From Octopus sinensis (Eukaryota), in assembly GCF_006345805.1 (NCBI RefSeq), contig NC_043015.1, positions 13,454,001 through 13,518,000 of the forward strand: DNA of 64,000 bases, in the 5' to 3' direction. Numbering within the stretch: the stretch's first letter is position 1; the number at the start of each line of letters is the position of its first letter. The translations under genes and the position numbers were made by a program. The notes beneath the pieces are model-generated. The model was given only the letters and a program-made list of their open reading frames with translations. It ran no database searches and had not been told where the DNA came from. Shown in pieces: positions 38,301 through 51,188 of this stretch.

Positions 38301-38419
38301 ACTGTTCGTGTTACTGTATTTCTTTTAGTGCTTTCTGTTTTCCTTTTACAAATTATCCTGATTTTTGTATGTTTTCGTCTTTTCTTGTTTGCAAAGACTG
38401 AAATATTGATTAATTCATT

Positions 38420-38880
38420 TGTTGATGTAATAAAGGTGTGCTGCAGTGATCTTGGAATGGAATTTGGCATATAAAAATGTGACATTAACCGTAAAGAGAG
38501 GGAACATATCCCATTCTAATGGAATAAATTTACAGGAAGAACGGATTTGGAACTTTATGAGAATGGGTACAAATATCTAGACATATTGGAAGACGATGAT
38601 ATAATGTATAAAGACACGAAGAAATGGATTTGAAAGATTAAAGCTTGTATTGAATTCCAGATTCAATTCAATTAATTTTTAAGTGAGATCAACACGTGGG
38701 TGTTATATTGTTGAAATAGTAAACTGAGAAAAAGATGAAATAGTTGCACTTGAAAAAAAAAACTAGCAATACACGAAGTGCTTCATCCAAAGTCTAATAT
38801 CACTTATTTATTGATGAAACGGAAGATTAGAGAAGAGGACTTAAAACCATTTTAACTTTGTGAATGGTATACAAAGGTCA
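38420..38880 (+). mobile_element. R4/Dong-clade RT domain fragment, decayed
   Basis: SDLGMEFGI*KC..VKRG..NGINL..GYKYLDILEDD..SEINTW..LHPKSN..RGLK. Confidence 0.75.
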
Positions 38881-39527
38881 ATAAACCACTAGCTTACAAA
38901 GCGTAAAGAAGAACTACTTAAACATGATGTAATAGAACTAGGACAAAATATCAAGCGATATCTCTTCCGGTTCTTTACGTTCTGAGTTCAAATACCGTCA
39001 AGGTCGACTTCACCTTTTATCCTTTCGGGGTCGATAAAATAAGTGCCAGTTCTGTGCTGGGGTCGATGTAATCGACTAGCCGCCTCCTCCAGAATTTCAA
39101 GCCTTGAACCTTTAGTAGAAAGAATCATCATCATCATCATCATCATAGAATATTTATCTTCATAGTTCTTAGTTGACATTGTGTTAATACTTGTCGAATT
39201 TCGATTTAATACATCTGCAGTTCAATGTGAATTCCAAATCAATTCAGTTTGACAATACTGTAAATATTTTTGGGAGAGGCATGAAAGTTCCAACTATTTC
39301 ATCATAACGAATTCCAGTTTATGAAGTCAGCATTATTAACTATTTACGTTCTATGTAAGTATTTAATTATGATCAGTTTTCTAATCTGATCGGAAAGATG
39401 ATTTGTTAGTAAAGTTGAGATATTTTGAACACCAGTACGTAGGTAAATAACCTCCGGAAGGATCGAATGCATTATTGTCTCCCTTTGAATTGTGTGACAT
39501 ATATAAAAACTTGATAGATAGATAAAG

Positions 39528-39559
<32 letters not shown>

Positions 39560-39560
39560 G

Positions 39561-39596
<36 letters not shown>

Positions 39597-40137
39597 CAGA
39601 CAAACAGACAGACAGACATACAGACAGAGAAAGAGACAGACAGACAGACAGAGAGGCAGAGAGACAGAGAGAGAAAGAGACAATAGGACACTTCTTGGTT
39701 TAACTTACCAAGGCAAAAAAGCGATTTTGAGGGGGTAAAGATAAAGTTCATTGGCCGTATTTTATTGTCAAGAGAAATATGTAAGCAAAGTCTAACTCGA
39801 TGTTGCGAATGAAACACATTAGTGAAACAGGCGGATCTAAAAAATATAATGCATTTAGGTGGGTTCCAAAGTTTTTCTTTGAGAGTATGTTTTTGTGAAA
39901 GATAATTTTCAATCATCTTCTTTAATTTTGATTGTGTGCAAAATAGCTTGTTTATCTGACCATCACGTTTTGAAAGAAAAAAAATATATATAAATACATA
40001 AAATAAAATTGAATTAAAAAAAACAACAAAAATTTTTCATTTGTTTCTCCAGAAAAAACTTGTTTATTTCGGCTCTTGCTGACCTTTGAAACTCTGAAAG
40101 TTTCAGTTTTACTTTGGTGCGTGCGTGTGTATGTGTA

Positions 40138-40207
<70 letters not shown>

Positions 40208-41006
40208 TGTGCGTGCGTGATTATGTGTGTGTGTATGTGTGTATGTTCATATCCTTATCTCTGCAACCATCGGGTAATCTAAGGGCGTGACCTTCCATTC
40301 TAATACGCTTCGTGTGTGTGTGTGTGTGTGTGTGTGTTGTGTGTGTGTGTTTGTGTGTATAAGAGAGAGAGAGAGAGACAGAGAGAGAGAGACAGAGAGA
40401 CAGAGAGAGAGACAGAGGGATAGAGAGACAGAGAGAGAGAGACTTTGTGTGTGTGTGTGTATGAGTACTTTTTTGTTTTTGCAATATAGATCCCACCATT
40501 GTGTGATTTGATGGCAAGAATAAAAACTTATATCACGTGTCTTCTTCTTCTTCTTCTTCTTCTTCTTCTTCTTCTTCTTCTTCTTCTTCTTCTTCTTCTT
40601 CTTCTTCGTCTTCTTCTTCTCCTCCTCCTCCTAAGGTCATCTTTACTGATTACGTCAAATCATGTGAGGGTTATGCATTTATTTTGTTTATCTGTTGTTT
40701 ATTATGTACTTCTAGGAGCCGTCGGTACATTTATCTGGAAATTAAAATGCATCATCGACTCTCTTCCACACTGAAGTTGGTGATACATAAAATTGTGTTA
40801 TTTTAATGAATGCAAGACTGAGTTGTTGCTGTTGTTGTTGTTGTTGTTGTTGTTTACTCTCAGGCTTGCCTTGAACTTAAAAGTCTTGTGATTAAGGACT
40901 TTCCTATCGTGACCATCACGTCTTTATTCAGTGCATCTAAAAATATCCAATATGACCTTCCTTTTAAGGCCTTAATCTGTGATGTAAGGAAAATATGTGT
41001 GTGTGT

Positions 41007-41062
<56 letters not shown>

Positions 41063-41134
41063 GCATATGTGTGTGTATGTGTGCTACCATACACACACAC
41101 AAACACACACACACGCACACACACACAAACACAC

Positions 41135-41169
<35 letters not shown>

Positions 41170-41357
41170 AACACACACACACAAACGTACACATATATGC
41201 AGCCAGAAATTAAGCTTAATTTACATATTGTGCTTTTCACGGTTAATTGTTAATTAAAAAATTATTCTATACCGAATACAACGTCAGTCAGGTGGTCAAC
41301 AACAATTTAAATATTAGAAAGCCTTAGCTGTGAGAGGAAATGTAATACTTTTAAATT

Positions 41358-41770
41358 TTGGCAAAAGATCAGCAATTTCGGAGAAGAGTAAGTCAATTAC
41401 ATCGACCTCAGTACTCAACTAGTATTAATTTTATCGACCCCGAAACAATGAAAAGATAAAATCGACTTCGTTGGTATTTGAAATTAGAACGTAAAGTCGG
41501 TCTAACGCCGTTAAGCATTTTACTCGTCGTGTTAACGATTCCGCCAGTTCGCCGCCTTGAAGAGTATATGTAATATCAGTTTTAAATTGCGACATAAGGC
41601 TGGCAATTTTGAAATAGGAAGTAAGTCGGTATTCAACAAGGGATTCTTTTTATCAACCCGAAAAGAAGAAAAACCGAAGTCGACCTCGGTGGAATTTGAA
41701 CTCAGAGCGTAAAATCGGACGAAAAGCCGCAAAGCATTTTGCCCGGCGTGCTAACGATTTTATCATTTTG
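41358..41770 (-). mobile_element. Cluster of partial SINE family B copies
   Basis: Repeated tcgaccccgaaa..gaaa..tcgacctcgg.ggaatttgaactcaga motifs. Confidence 0.78.
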
Positions 41771-42123
41771 CTTCGTTGAGAGAAAATGTAATATTATAAG
41801 CACATTCTATTTATGCTTTCTATGTGAGGAAAAAGAAACTCCTGATGGACGTTTTGTTGTTGGTTTCCCTCAGAAATTAAAGTAAGCGACTTCCTTCCCA
41901 AATCAGATATTTCCTCCTCTCTTTTCCCGTACATTGAAAGCATAGCATAGAAAGAATGAGTTTACAGTTTTATATTTTCCTTCACAGCTAAGATTTTTTA
42001 ATATTTAAGTTCCTGATTTACGCTCGACTGCTTATAGAAAATACCAGCTTGAGTTAGAAAATTACTATTTTTAAATCTCACAACCTGAGATATTCAGCAA
42101 AAGTACTTTGTAGTAAAGATCGT

Positions 42124-42414
42124 TTGCCAGCATAACGTGGCAGTCCTGGTTTAGGACGAATGTTGCTGTAATTTAGCCCCAGGAGTCTTCAGCTGGTTAT
42201 ACGACACGATGTGTCCTTATATTTTCGAACAAGGGAATCTAGCACCCCCACTCAACTCAAAACAATATCTGTGTATCGCGATTTCAGGGTTTTTCCCTTC
42301 ATTAGCACAATAATTGTTCGGCTAGATCGTGTCGTATACTAGAGACGATGTCTCCTGGGGCTTAAATTACAGCAACATTCGTCGTAAACCAGAGCTGCCA
42401 TGCTATGTTGGCAA
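42124..42414. mobile_element. MITE with ~90-bp imperfect TIRs
   Basis: ttgccagcataacgtggcag...ttaggacgaatgttgctgtaatttagccccaggag...tatacgacacga (42124-42209) inverted at 42327-42414. Confidence 0.8.
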
Positions 42415-42429
42415 TCAATCTTTACCACA

Positions 42430-43160
42430 TACCAGGTTGAGTTATAAAAATTTTCGGATTTTCACTGATGATATTTGGCGGATTTATCTCCATGTAATAT
42501 CATCAATTTGATACAATTTGTTGTTCAATCGTTGCTGAATTGTTTATTTTTGATGTTCATATATAACAAACATTAATTGTTTATTCTTTCTTTTACAGCG
42601 TTGATAATGAGTAGAGAAAAAATATGTTTAGAGACATCTTACTACGCTGCTAGTGAACTGAGTGCAAGGGCAGCGGCAAAAGAAAATAATGATGTGGATG
42701 ACTCAAGAACTGTCAAAGAACACGGGCACACAATTGCTTCAGAAGTTTGGAGGAAGATGAGACATTTCTTGAAATGTTTTGACACCAGCCAAGTACAAGC
42801 ACTCATACAATGATGGCAGACCTTGATCTTTCACACAGTACCATCAGTCGACACCGCCATAAGTTCGGCCTTGTGAACGGATGCTGTCGAGAGAAGCTAC
42901 TCATGAACTGACCAATGACTAGGCTCAACGACATGTGGACATTTGCAAATAACTGGTGTCAAATCCTTAGGATACCCGTTTTTGGCGTCGAATTGTAAAT
43001 GGGGATGAAAAATGAATTTTCGTAATCCTAATTTCAGAAATTGGTGGCTTCTTTCTGACCAGGCTTCAGAACCTGTTGTCAAACAAGGGCAGTTTGAGCA
43101 GAAAATCGTGATGTGTGTTTGGTGAAATTTCGAGATGTTACACTTGTCCAAGATCTTCAT
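42430..43160 (+). mobile_element. Mariner transposase remnant, decayed
   Basis: TIR-like ta|ccaggttgagttataaaa; MSREKI..SARAAAKENNDV..; HELT..FWRRIVNGDEK*IF..QASEPVVKQGQFEQKIVMCVW*NF. Confidence 0.78.
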
Positions 43161-43994
43161 GATACATTGTGTAGGGTGTCCTGTTGTGGAATTGTATCGT
43201 GGTTTTGTGTGTGATAATTTTTTCTATTAATTCTAGCTAACGGATATGAAAAATTGCCAAAAGGTAGCCTTAGTATTGTTCTAACTGAAAATTTAGTACA
43301 CCTTTTCGACAGAAGGAATATTTTAAATTAAGTTCAGGAAAGAACAGGTATCATTTCAACTGACATTCAGACTAAATGCTTGATTGTACCACATCATTTA
43401 TCTTTTCTAGTTTCATTTAAATCAATAATACTCTGCCTTAGAGAGTATTAAATTTCTTTTTCCGGGAAGCCATTATTATTAAGAGTCTCATTTTAAGACG
43501 CTGCTACGCGATTAAATATCTCTTCATCACAAGATAATCAGGAAATCTCCTTGCTCATATTACCAGATAAATTTCTGAAAAGAACAGGGGTGTAAGTAGA
43601 ACCAGTGTAAATATACCATGTAAATTCGTTGGGTCTTCAAGAGAGGCCAAATGCAGCTGAAACTAAATTGAGGTTGCCCTCCATTAAGTGAAGTGTATTA
43701 CGGTTAGCACCTTTAAGGTCAAAATTTTTGGAAAGGTTAGCAAAGTCTTCTCTCAGCCTTGTATTTAATGGCTTTTTCTGTTACTCCACTATATCTATGT
43801 AGATCTAGATCAATAGAATTAAATTTACTAATTAGTTAATATAGGCGCAGGCGTGGCTGTGTGGTAAGAATCTTGCTTCCCAAATACATGTTGCGAATAG
43901 ATTTGGTAGACGGAAACTGAAAGAAGCCTTTCGTATATATGTAAATATGTTTGTATAGTGTGTGTATTTGTGTGTGTGTGTGTGCGCGCGCGCA

Positions 43995-44345
43995 GGTTAT
44001 TTGATATGGCGGTGCCTTCTGATAGAAATATCTCTGCAAAAGAATTTTAAAAAACTATCGAAATGCAAGGATCTTGAGATTGAGATATTTAGGATGTGGC
44101 AATTAAAAATCGAAACCATCCTTGTTGCTGTGGGTACCTTGCAAATAGTCAAGAAAGGTACCGACAGAATGTTTGACCAGGTCCCAGGGAAACCAACAAT
44201 CTACAAGGTTCAAAAAATTGTGGTGACATCAACCGCCCATCTTCTCAGAAAGTTTCTCTCCATCTGATGTATGCGTACTTTAGGTGTTTGGCTGAGAACA
44301 CGCGAGAAAATCAAATAAAATGGAAATCAAACGAAAAGTTAAAAA
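43995..44345 (+). mobile_element. R4/Dong-clade LINE 3' end with restriction-like endonuclease motif
   Basis: YLIDMAVPSDRNISAKE/KKLSKCKDLEIEIFRMWQLK...VQKIVVTSTAHLLRKFLSI* plus UTR ending in aataata. Confidence 0.85.
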
Positions 44346-44360
44346 AATATAATAATATTA

Positions 44361-44567
44361 CTCTTTTACTTGTTTCAGTCATTTGACTGCGGCCATGCTG
44401 AAGCACCGCCTTTAGTCGATCAAATCGACCCCGGGACTTATTCCTTGTAAGCCCAGTACTTATTCTATCGGTCTCTTTTGCCGAACCGCTAAGTGACGGG
44501 GACGTAAACACACCAGCATCAGTTGTCAAGCAATGCTAGGGGGACAAACACAGACACACAAACACAC

Positions 44568-44598
<31 letters not shown>

Positions 44599-44769
44599 CA
44601 TATATACGACAGGCTTCTTTCAGTTTCCGTCTACCAAATCCACTCACAAGGCATTGGTCGGCCCGGGGCTATAGCAGAAGACACTTGCCCAAGGTGCCAC
44701 GCAGTGGGACTGAACCCGCAACCATGTGGTTGGTTAGCAAGCTACTTACCACACAGCCACTCCTGCGCC
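44361..44769 (-). mobile_element. SINE family A, full length
   Basis: Reverse complement of the family A sequence. Confidence 0.88.
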
Positions 44770-45268
44770 TATATTGCTGTTATTATTATTAATATATTGT
44801 TTATATTCATAATATATTTCTTGAACAGTAATAAAAGACGTGTAACATGGAATTAAAAATATACCAAATTTCCCAGTCTTTGTTTTAATATATACCTACT
44901 CTGTAAATATGATTCACCAGAAATTGCAAAAAGGATGCCTCATTTGAAGTATAACATCTATATACATACACTGATTTACTGGAACGTTCAGATATATTTC
45001 ACGAGGACTCAGCTTGAATTATACTCCCTTCAATACAATATATATATATATGTATTCATGCTCCTATGCACAACATACATACGCGCGCGCACGCACACAC
45101 TCATAAAATCGCATGAAAGTAGCAAAATCTCCAGTTAATTTAAACATGATATTTAAACACTGACAGTGCACCCCGTCATTTGCCGTTGCTGCTTTGATCA
45201 TGTAAATTAAACAAAGAAGGTTAAGTAAACCGTCAAAATGAACGTGTGATATTTACACCAAGTTGCCT

Positions 45269-45314
45269 TGTAAAGCATCTAGATGTTTCGATGACCCTTC
45301 ACCTCATCAGACAC
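45269..45314 (-). ncRNA. Decayed type I hammerhead ribozyme motif
   Basis: Minus: gtgt-CTGATGA-ggtga-aggg-tcatc-GAAA-catctagatg-ctttaca; good stem II and palindromic stem III, but U16.1 is C and the cleavage-site register is disturbed. Confidence 0.55.
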
Positions 45315-46037
45315 TGTCAAACTTAGAAACAGTTCTTCATCGAGCCTTACAATTTAGAGTAGCATCTGCGATGAGGAGTGGTTTGTATATAAATTGGTCA
45401 GAAAAGGAAGACGGTACGAAGTACTTACTTCATATATAAAAAGATTTGAACGCTTAAATATAACGTAGAAATTATACAGATTACAAATCCAGTTCGTCTG
45501 AGCGAAACAATTAAATGATGAAAGAGTACTTCGACTTATGAACTTAGTATTTGATTACATCATCATCATCGTCCTCCTCCTCCTCCTCCCTCCTCTTCCT
45601 CTTCCTCCTCCTCCTCCTCATCATCATCATATTAACATTATCATTATCATTATCATCAAGATCCCTTAACTGATGCAGCTAGGCGTTGGGGTGCCACTCT
45701 AAATACTTTCATAGCCAGCCGTCGCCATTGGTTTCTGTTCTTAGTGACACATGGTAGGTTCGATATGTCGTGTCCAGTCCAGTCCTTGATGTTGCCAAAC
45801 CAGGATTTTTTCTGCCTACCTCAACGCTCGCTCTCCCCCAACTCTTCTCTGAAGAATGGATTTGGACAGAGGATTACATAATGTATTTACTCATTTAGTA
45901 TTTATCTTTTAGCTACATAAGCTCATACATCCATCCATCCATACATACACACAATTTTTCTTTCTCCCTCTCTCTCGTTCTCTCTTTCTCTCAAACACAC
46001 ACAAACATACACACACACACAATCACTCATACACACA

Positions 46038-46073
<36 letters not shown>

Positions 46074-46537
46074 ACACACACACACACACACACATCCAAG
46101 ATCAAAATAAAACCGGAGATTTGGTTACAAAATAATTTTTATCATGACACCATAATTTAAGACGGTGAGGTGGCGGAATTGTTAGCATGCTGGACGAAAT
46201 GCTTGGTGGTGTTTTTCCCGTTACGCTCTGAGGTTAATTTTCAAGGTCGATAAATGAAGTACCAGTTACGCACTGGAGCCGATGTAATCGACTAGTCCCC
46301 TCCCCACAAATTTCAGGCCTTAATTTACATAATATTTAGGCTTCTTTCACTTGCGTATACTAATGTGCTAAACGGTAATTGTTACAAAGGCAATTACATA
46401 CAATGATGAGGTTGACCCAACATTTTGTTGGGTGAAGCACGTTTAGTGCTTGAGCTACACACACACACACACACACACATATATATCGTTATAGGGTAAT
46501 TGTGCAACTAACTTTGTAACAATATACATATATATAT

Positions 46538-46893
<356 letters not shown>

Positions 46894-46894
46894 T

Positions 46895-46927
<33 letters not shown>

Positions 46928-47105
46928 GTAAAAAGGGAAAAAACTACAGAAGGCTTGTTTTAGAAGGTTAAAAAATATATTTGAGTCATTATGTCTGAAG
47001 AATGTTATAAATTTTTTTCATACAATGGCATAGTTTTTGAAGAAAGACCGGTTTCGCGTTCAGCTTTTCAAATTTCTTACATCGTTATGTTTACGTTGAG
47101 AAGCG

Positions 47106-47300
47106 TGAAGGAGAGTGAAAGAGAGTTCCAGATAAGGAAATATTGAAAAATACAAGCCCAAACTTAACCATTCCAACATTCTTATACAGAGAAACTCACT
47201 CCAAAAGAAAGGCAAGAAATATTAAGCGATTATCTCCCTTACACCGGAAGAAATCACTTATTACCTCCCCTTATCTGGAACTCTCTTTCACTCTCCTTCA
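47106..47300. repeat. 32-bp perfect inverted repeat pair, 131-bp spacer
   Basis: tgaaggagagtgaaagagagttccagataagg (47106-47137) and its reverse complement (47269-47300). Confidence 0.9.
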
Positions 47301-47704
47301 GTTAGGCGACTTCAAGTTAACAGTTAGGCGACTGGTCAGGCCACTTGGAATTAAGAACCCGGTGCATGAAGTCTGGATGTCAATATTTTTTTTATCTAAA
47401 ACAATTAGGTCAGCAAAATTAATGCCTTTTTTGCCCTAAGGATCATCAGAGGCGAGTAAGGATTATGATCACAATGTCTTATATACAGATACTCGGTTTA
47501 AAGGGGTATATACATATATACATGTTTAATGGTATAAATACATGCAATAATAATCTGATGGCTTTGCGTCGGCAAGACTTGAAAAATAATACCCTTTTCC
47601 TTCTCCTTTCTGCGCGAATCCGAAACGTTGGATATTCCACTCCTCACGGCAAGTTCATTGTACCCCTTTTACGTTTTTATATATACATGCATATACATGA
47701 AATA

Positions 47705-47809
47705 TTTCAAGCCGATCATATGAAGAAGAGTGTTTGCGTCAATTTTGGAAAACAGGAGACTGTTTTCTAAAATGGAGGCGAACGCCTTTCTTATGTGATC
47801 GGCTTGAAA
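47705..47809. repeat. 105-nt imperfect palindrome (~50-bp stem, GAGA loop)
   Basis: Arms 47705-47755 and 47760-47809; 8 substitutions and 1 bulge. Confidence 0.9.
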
Positions 47810-48325
47810 AATTGTTAAGACACTAAAATATTTTCCTACTTTTCTTAACATGAAACCAATGGTAGCCTTCACTCACAAATAAAGAAATACACACACACGC
47901 GCCGACTGGTCCCTAGCTACTTATAGGAGAGTAAGTAACGATTCCAATCAAGTTTAGATCCAAATCATTTTTTCTTAAACAAAAATATTTTTATCTTAGC
48001 TTCAATGATAGAAGAAAGCATGAGGAATTTTATAGCTTTTGTCCCATGCAATAAAAATCTGGATAAAAAAAGTTGTGAGGTAATATATCATGAAAAAATA
48101 TAAGGCAAAAAATTGGATTTAAGCATAATTAACTTTTTTATTTTAAAAACAAACTATATTTTAATTAAGCTTAAATGATTGAGATCAATTCGAGGAATTT
48201 CATGGTATCAATCTCATGCAATGAAGTTTTAAAAGAAAAAAGTTATGAGTGTTTGTTTCTCAAATTTGAAGGTGATAATATTGTTCTATACTTTTTTATG
48301 AATATAGTTCTATATGTCACCGGAA

Positions 48326-48547
48326 CCCTTTCGTTACTAACCCGGCCAAAACCGGCTCTGGGCTCTGTAGTACAAATGTCTTGTTTTCATAAGTTTTGCA
48401 TCAAAATATACCACCAAACCTTAGTTGCAATTTATATTCCTAACACTAGCTTAATGATAACCAAGTTATTTTACTAAATTCTTTGTTATATTTAAAATAA
48501 TTGAAAGAGACACAGAGCATCTCAAAATAAATACAGTAACGAAAGGG
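48326..48547. mobile_element. piggyBac-type MITE
   Basis: 13-bp perfect TIRs CCCTTTCGTTACT / AGTAACGAAAGGG with degenerate TTAA flanks (ggAA| and |TAA). Confidence 0.72.
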
Positions 48548-49139
48548 TAAGGAAAATTATCAATGACACTGCTGACACATTTGATACATTACTAATTAGC
48601 ATAATAACATAACCTGGAAAAACATGGATTATATGGAAAAATGTGAGCAAGGGAAATAATATTCTTATGATTATAAACCTGGAAAAAGTGCAGGACAAGT
48701 TATTACACTTGGAAAAGTTCAGGGCAACTTATTACATCTGGTAAAGTACAGAACAAGAAAATTTTTATTGAAAATATTGCAGCTAAGGATAAAATTTGAA
48801 TATTAAAAATTATTTGATTTTAATTTACAAAGTAACATTATAATTAAAAAAGATACCATCATTTTGTTAAAATATTGATGCACTAGAATACTTAAAAATG
48901 AGAGGCCAGAAGTACCACTATAGCTAAAGTTTTATGCAAAATAGAATAGTATATATGGTAGGCAAATTCATTATGTAAAAAATAGGCATTGGGTCAAGAC
49001 TAAAAATGTGAAGACTTGGCAATAACTAAGGCAATAACTCAAGCAAATTTTACTGTGAATTTGTTGTTATATGTAGATTTTATTGTAATATGTAATTCAT
49101 TTTTGGATTATTATATGTTATTGTTACGCTAGATAGCAG

Positions 49140-49560
49140 CACTGCCCTTCATCCTCAACTCAGAAAGTTCGTTGCCTTTGTGAAGTCAGTGAAACTCATA
49201 TACCATGCCATGTACTGCTCCACACGTTCCCCGTGTATCTGAACAAAGCAGAACACTGTGTCCATGGTTCTTCTTCCTCTTCCGAACATACATTATGTTT
49301 AAGCCAGGACTGCTAAAATTTTGTCAGTCAGCCTTTTGTAAAAATCTTCCTGGCGGAAACATGTACATAAATCCTTCGATAGTGCCTGAATTAATTCTGA
49401 AAAATGCGATGAATCTCAGCTTCTTTCTAATCGTGAGAAACCTCAACTTTCCAACATTAAGGAGATATTCTAAAGTTCCTCTAAGATTGTATAAATACAG
49501 ATATGACCAGACGTCAACCTGTTTAAGTGGTCACATATCAAAGCTCAGACCACACACAGT
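49140..49560 (-). mobile_element. RTE LINE RT domain fragment, decayed
   Basis: IFQN*FRHYRRIY..SARKIF..; RTMDTVFCFVQIHGERVEQYMAWYMSFTDFTKA resembles RTE STxDMIFxLRQLQEKCxEQ..LYMVFIDFTKAFD. Confidence 0.72.
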
Positions 49561-50165
49561 TAGTGAAAGAAATGTTTGATAATTATTGTGCTCTTATCAA
49601 TCATGATGCAGGCAATTAGGAAATGCAGAGCTAGGCATCACTTTTGGTGGAGATGCTCATAAAATTCGGTTTGAATATCAACATTCGGCAGCTGGTGTTC
49701 ACTATCAGCCAAGTCTTGATGCTAGGTATGTCCTCCAAAATGGAGAAAACTCGGTTATCAAAGCAAATAGACCACTTACAATGTGTTGATGGCACAAGAT
49801 ATGGTGAAATTGCTCTTCTAAGTCTTAAACATATAGATTCTGTGAGAAGAGAAGATGGGGCGGAAGAAAAGAGAAAGAGAAAATCTTGAAAAGTAAAAGA
49901 CATAAAAAAGATGGGATAGTTTAATATAGGACGAGAGAGAGGGGGAGAGAGGGGGAGAGGGGGGAGATGGGTAAAAAGAGAAGAGAGAGAGGAAAAGAGA
50001 AAGGAGAAGGGAAAGAAAGAGAGAACTCAGATAGATACATAGAAAAGAAAGAAAGAAAAAAGAAAGAAAGATAGATAGAAAGAAAGAAAGAAATACCATT
50101 TTGACGTCGAAGTAAAAATAAAGGACAAGGATATAGACAGATCCTGTGACAAAATATGCGACTGT

Positions 50166-50196
<31 letters not shown>

Positions 50197-51039
50197 CATA
50201 CATACACACGTATAAACATACATACATACATACATACATACATACATACATACATACATACATACACACGCATAAACATACATACGTACATACATACATA
50301 CAAAAATATCCTGTTGTTGATGTTAAAATTCCAATGAAGCAGTTTTGGATCTAGGTTAGAAACCGGTTCTTTCTCTATTGCCAAGAAATCTTAAAATAAA
50401 CTGAATAATGATATTATATATTATTCTATCTATGCACAATATTCTCTAATTTTCTTGTTGAGCATTTGGTTTTCCATAATTTACAGGGCTGTTACCTACG
50501 CTAGCTTGTCTCCTCCCACTGTTTTAGATTAACATGTCATGTTATTACTTGAATAACTTACGCTTCTAATTGACAACCCCGCTCAGCTTTGGCCCTGCCC
50601 ACCAGGCATGACATTGTAAATTTCTGTATTAAATATAACAGTCAGTCTCCATGTATCAGACTGATGTTTGGGCTTGTCGCTGAACAGAGCTGAAGTCAAG
50701 AAACTCCCACTGTAACATTTTCTTCAACAACAGAACAGTAACTTTAGCTATCGCTACCACCTACTCTCACTTGTCACTCCTTACACGAACGTTGTCAGTA
50801 TTTACAACTTATAGAAGCTGCATTTAATTTTCAAATGTTACTTAACTCACTTCTACCTATTCTATTAGATGCTTTTAATTCATCGATTCCTTTACAACAA
50901 TATTCTTAACAATTGTAATCTATTAGTAAATATATATTTAAGATTATCAATAATCTCAATATATTCACTTAAGTAATTACCATTTTATGTTTTTGTTACT
51001 GTCTGTATTTCATCAATATTTTAACTGTTCATCATCAAT

Positions 51040-51182
51040 ATGAAGTTAGATGATTTACTTACTACCATTGGGGAATTTGGCCCTTACCAAAAGAAGATAA
51101 ATGTCCTGGTTTGTATACCAGCAATATCTGCAGCAATCCAAGTAATAATTGTTGTCTTTATAATGGCCATTCCAAATCACAG
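51040..51182 (+). CDS. First coding exon of an SLC22-family (organic cation/carnitine transporter-like, MFS) gene
   Basis: MKLDDLLTTIGEFGPYQKKINVLVCIPAISAAIQVIIVVFIMAIPNH(R): SLC22 N-terminal signature xDDxLxxxGEFGxYQ, TM1 and the PxHR(C) motif; ends AG|GTAAGA (phase-2 donor). Below the ORF-track length cutoff. Confidence 0.88.
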
Positions 51183-51188
51183 GTAAGA
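51183..51188 (+). promoter_or_regulatory. 5' splice donor of SLC22 intron 1
   Basis: CAG|GTAAGA consensus. Confidence 0.85.

Noticed and set aside
49205-49579. 124-aa plus-strand ORF
   Set aside because: Antisense shadow of a decayed RTE RT fragment.
50620-50750. TATA/Inr-like promoter and 5' UTR exon for SLC22
   Set aside because: TATA-Inr spacing is wrong and no convincing acceptor precedes the ATG; not supportable without transcript data.
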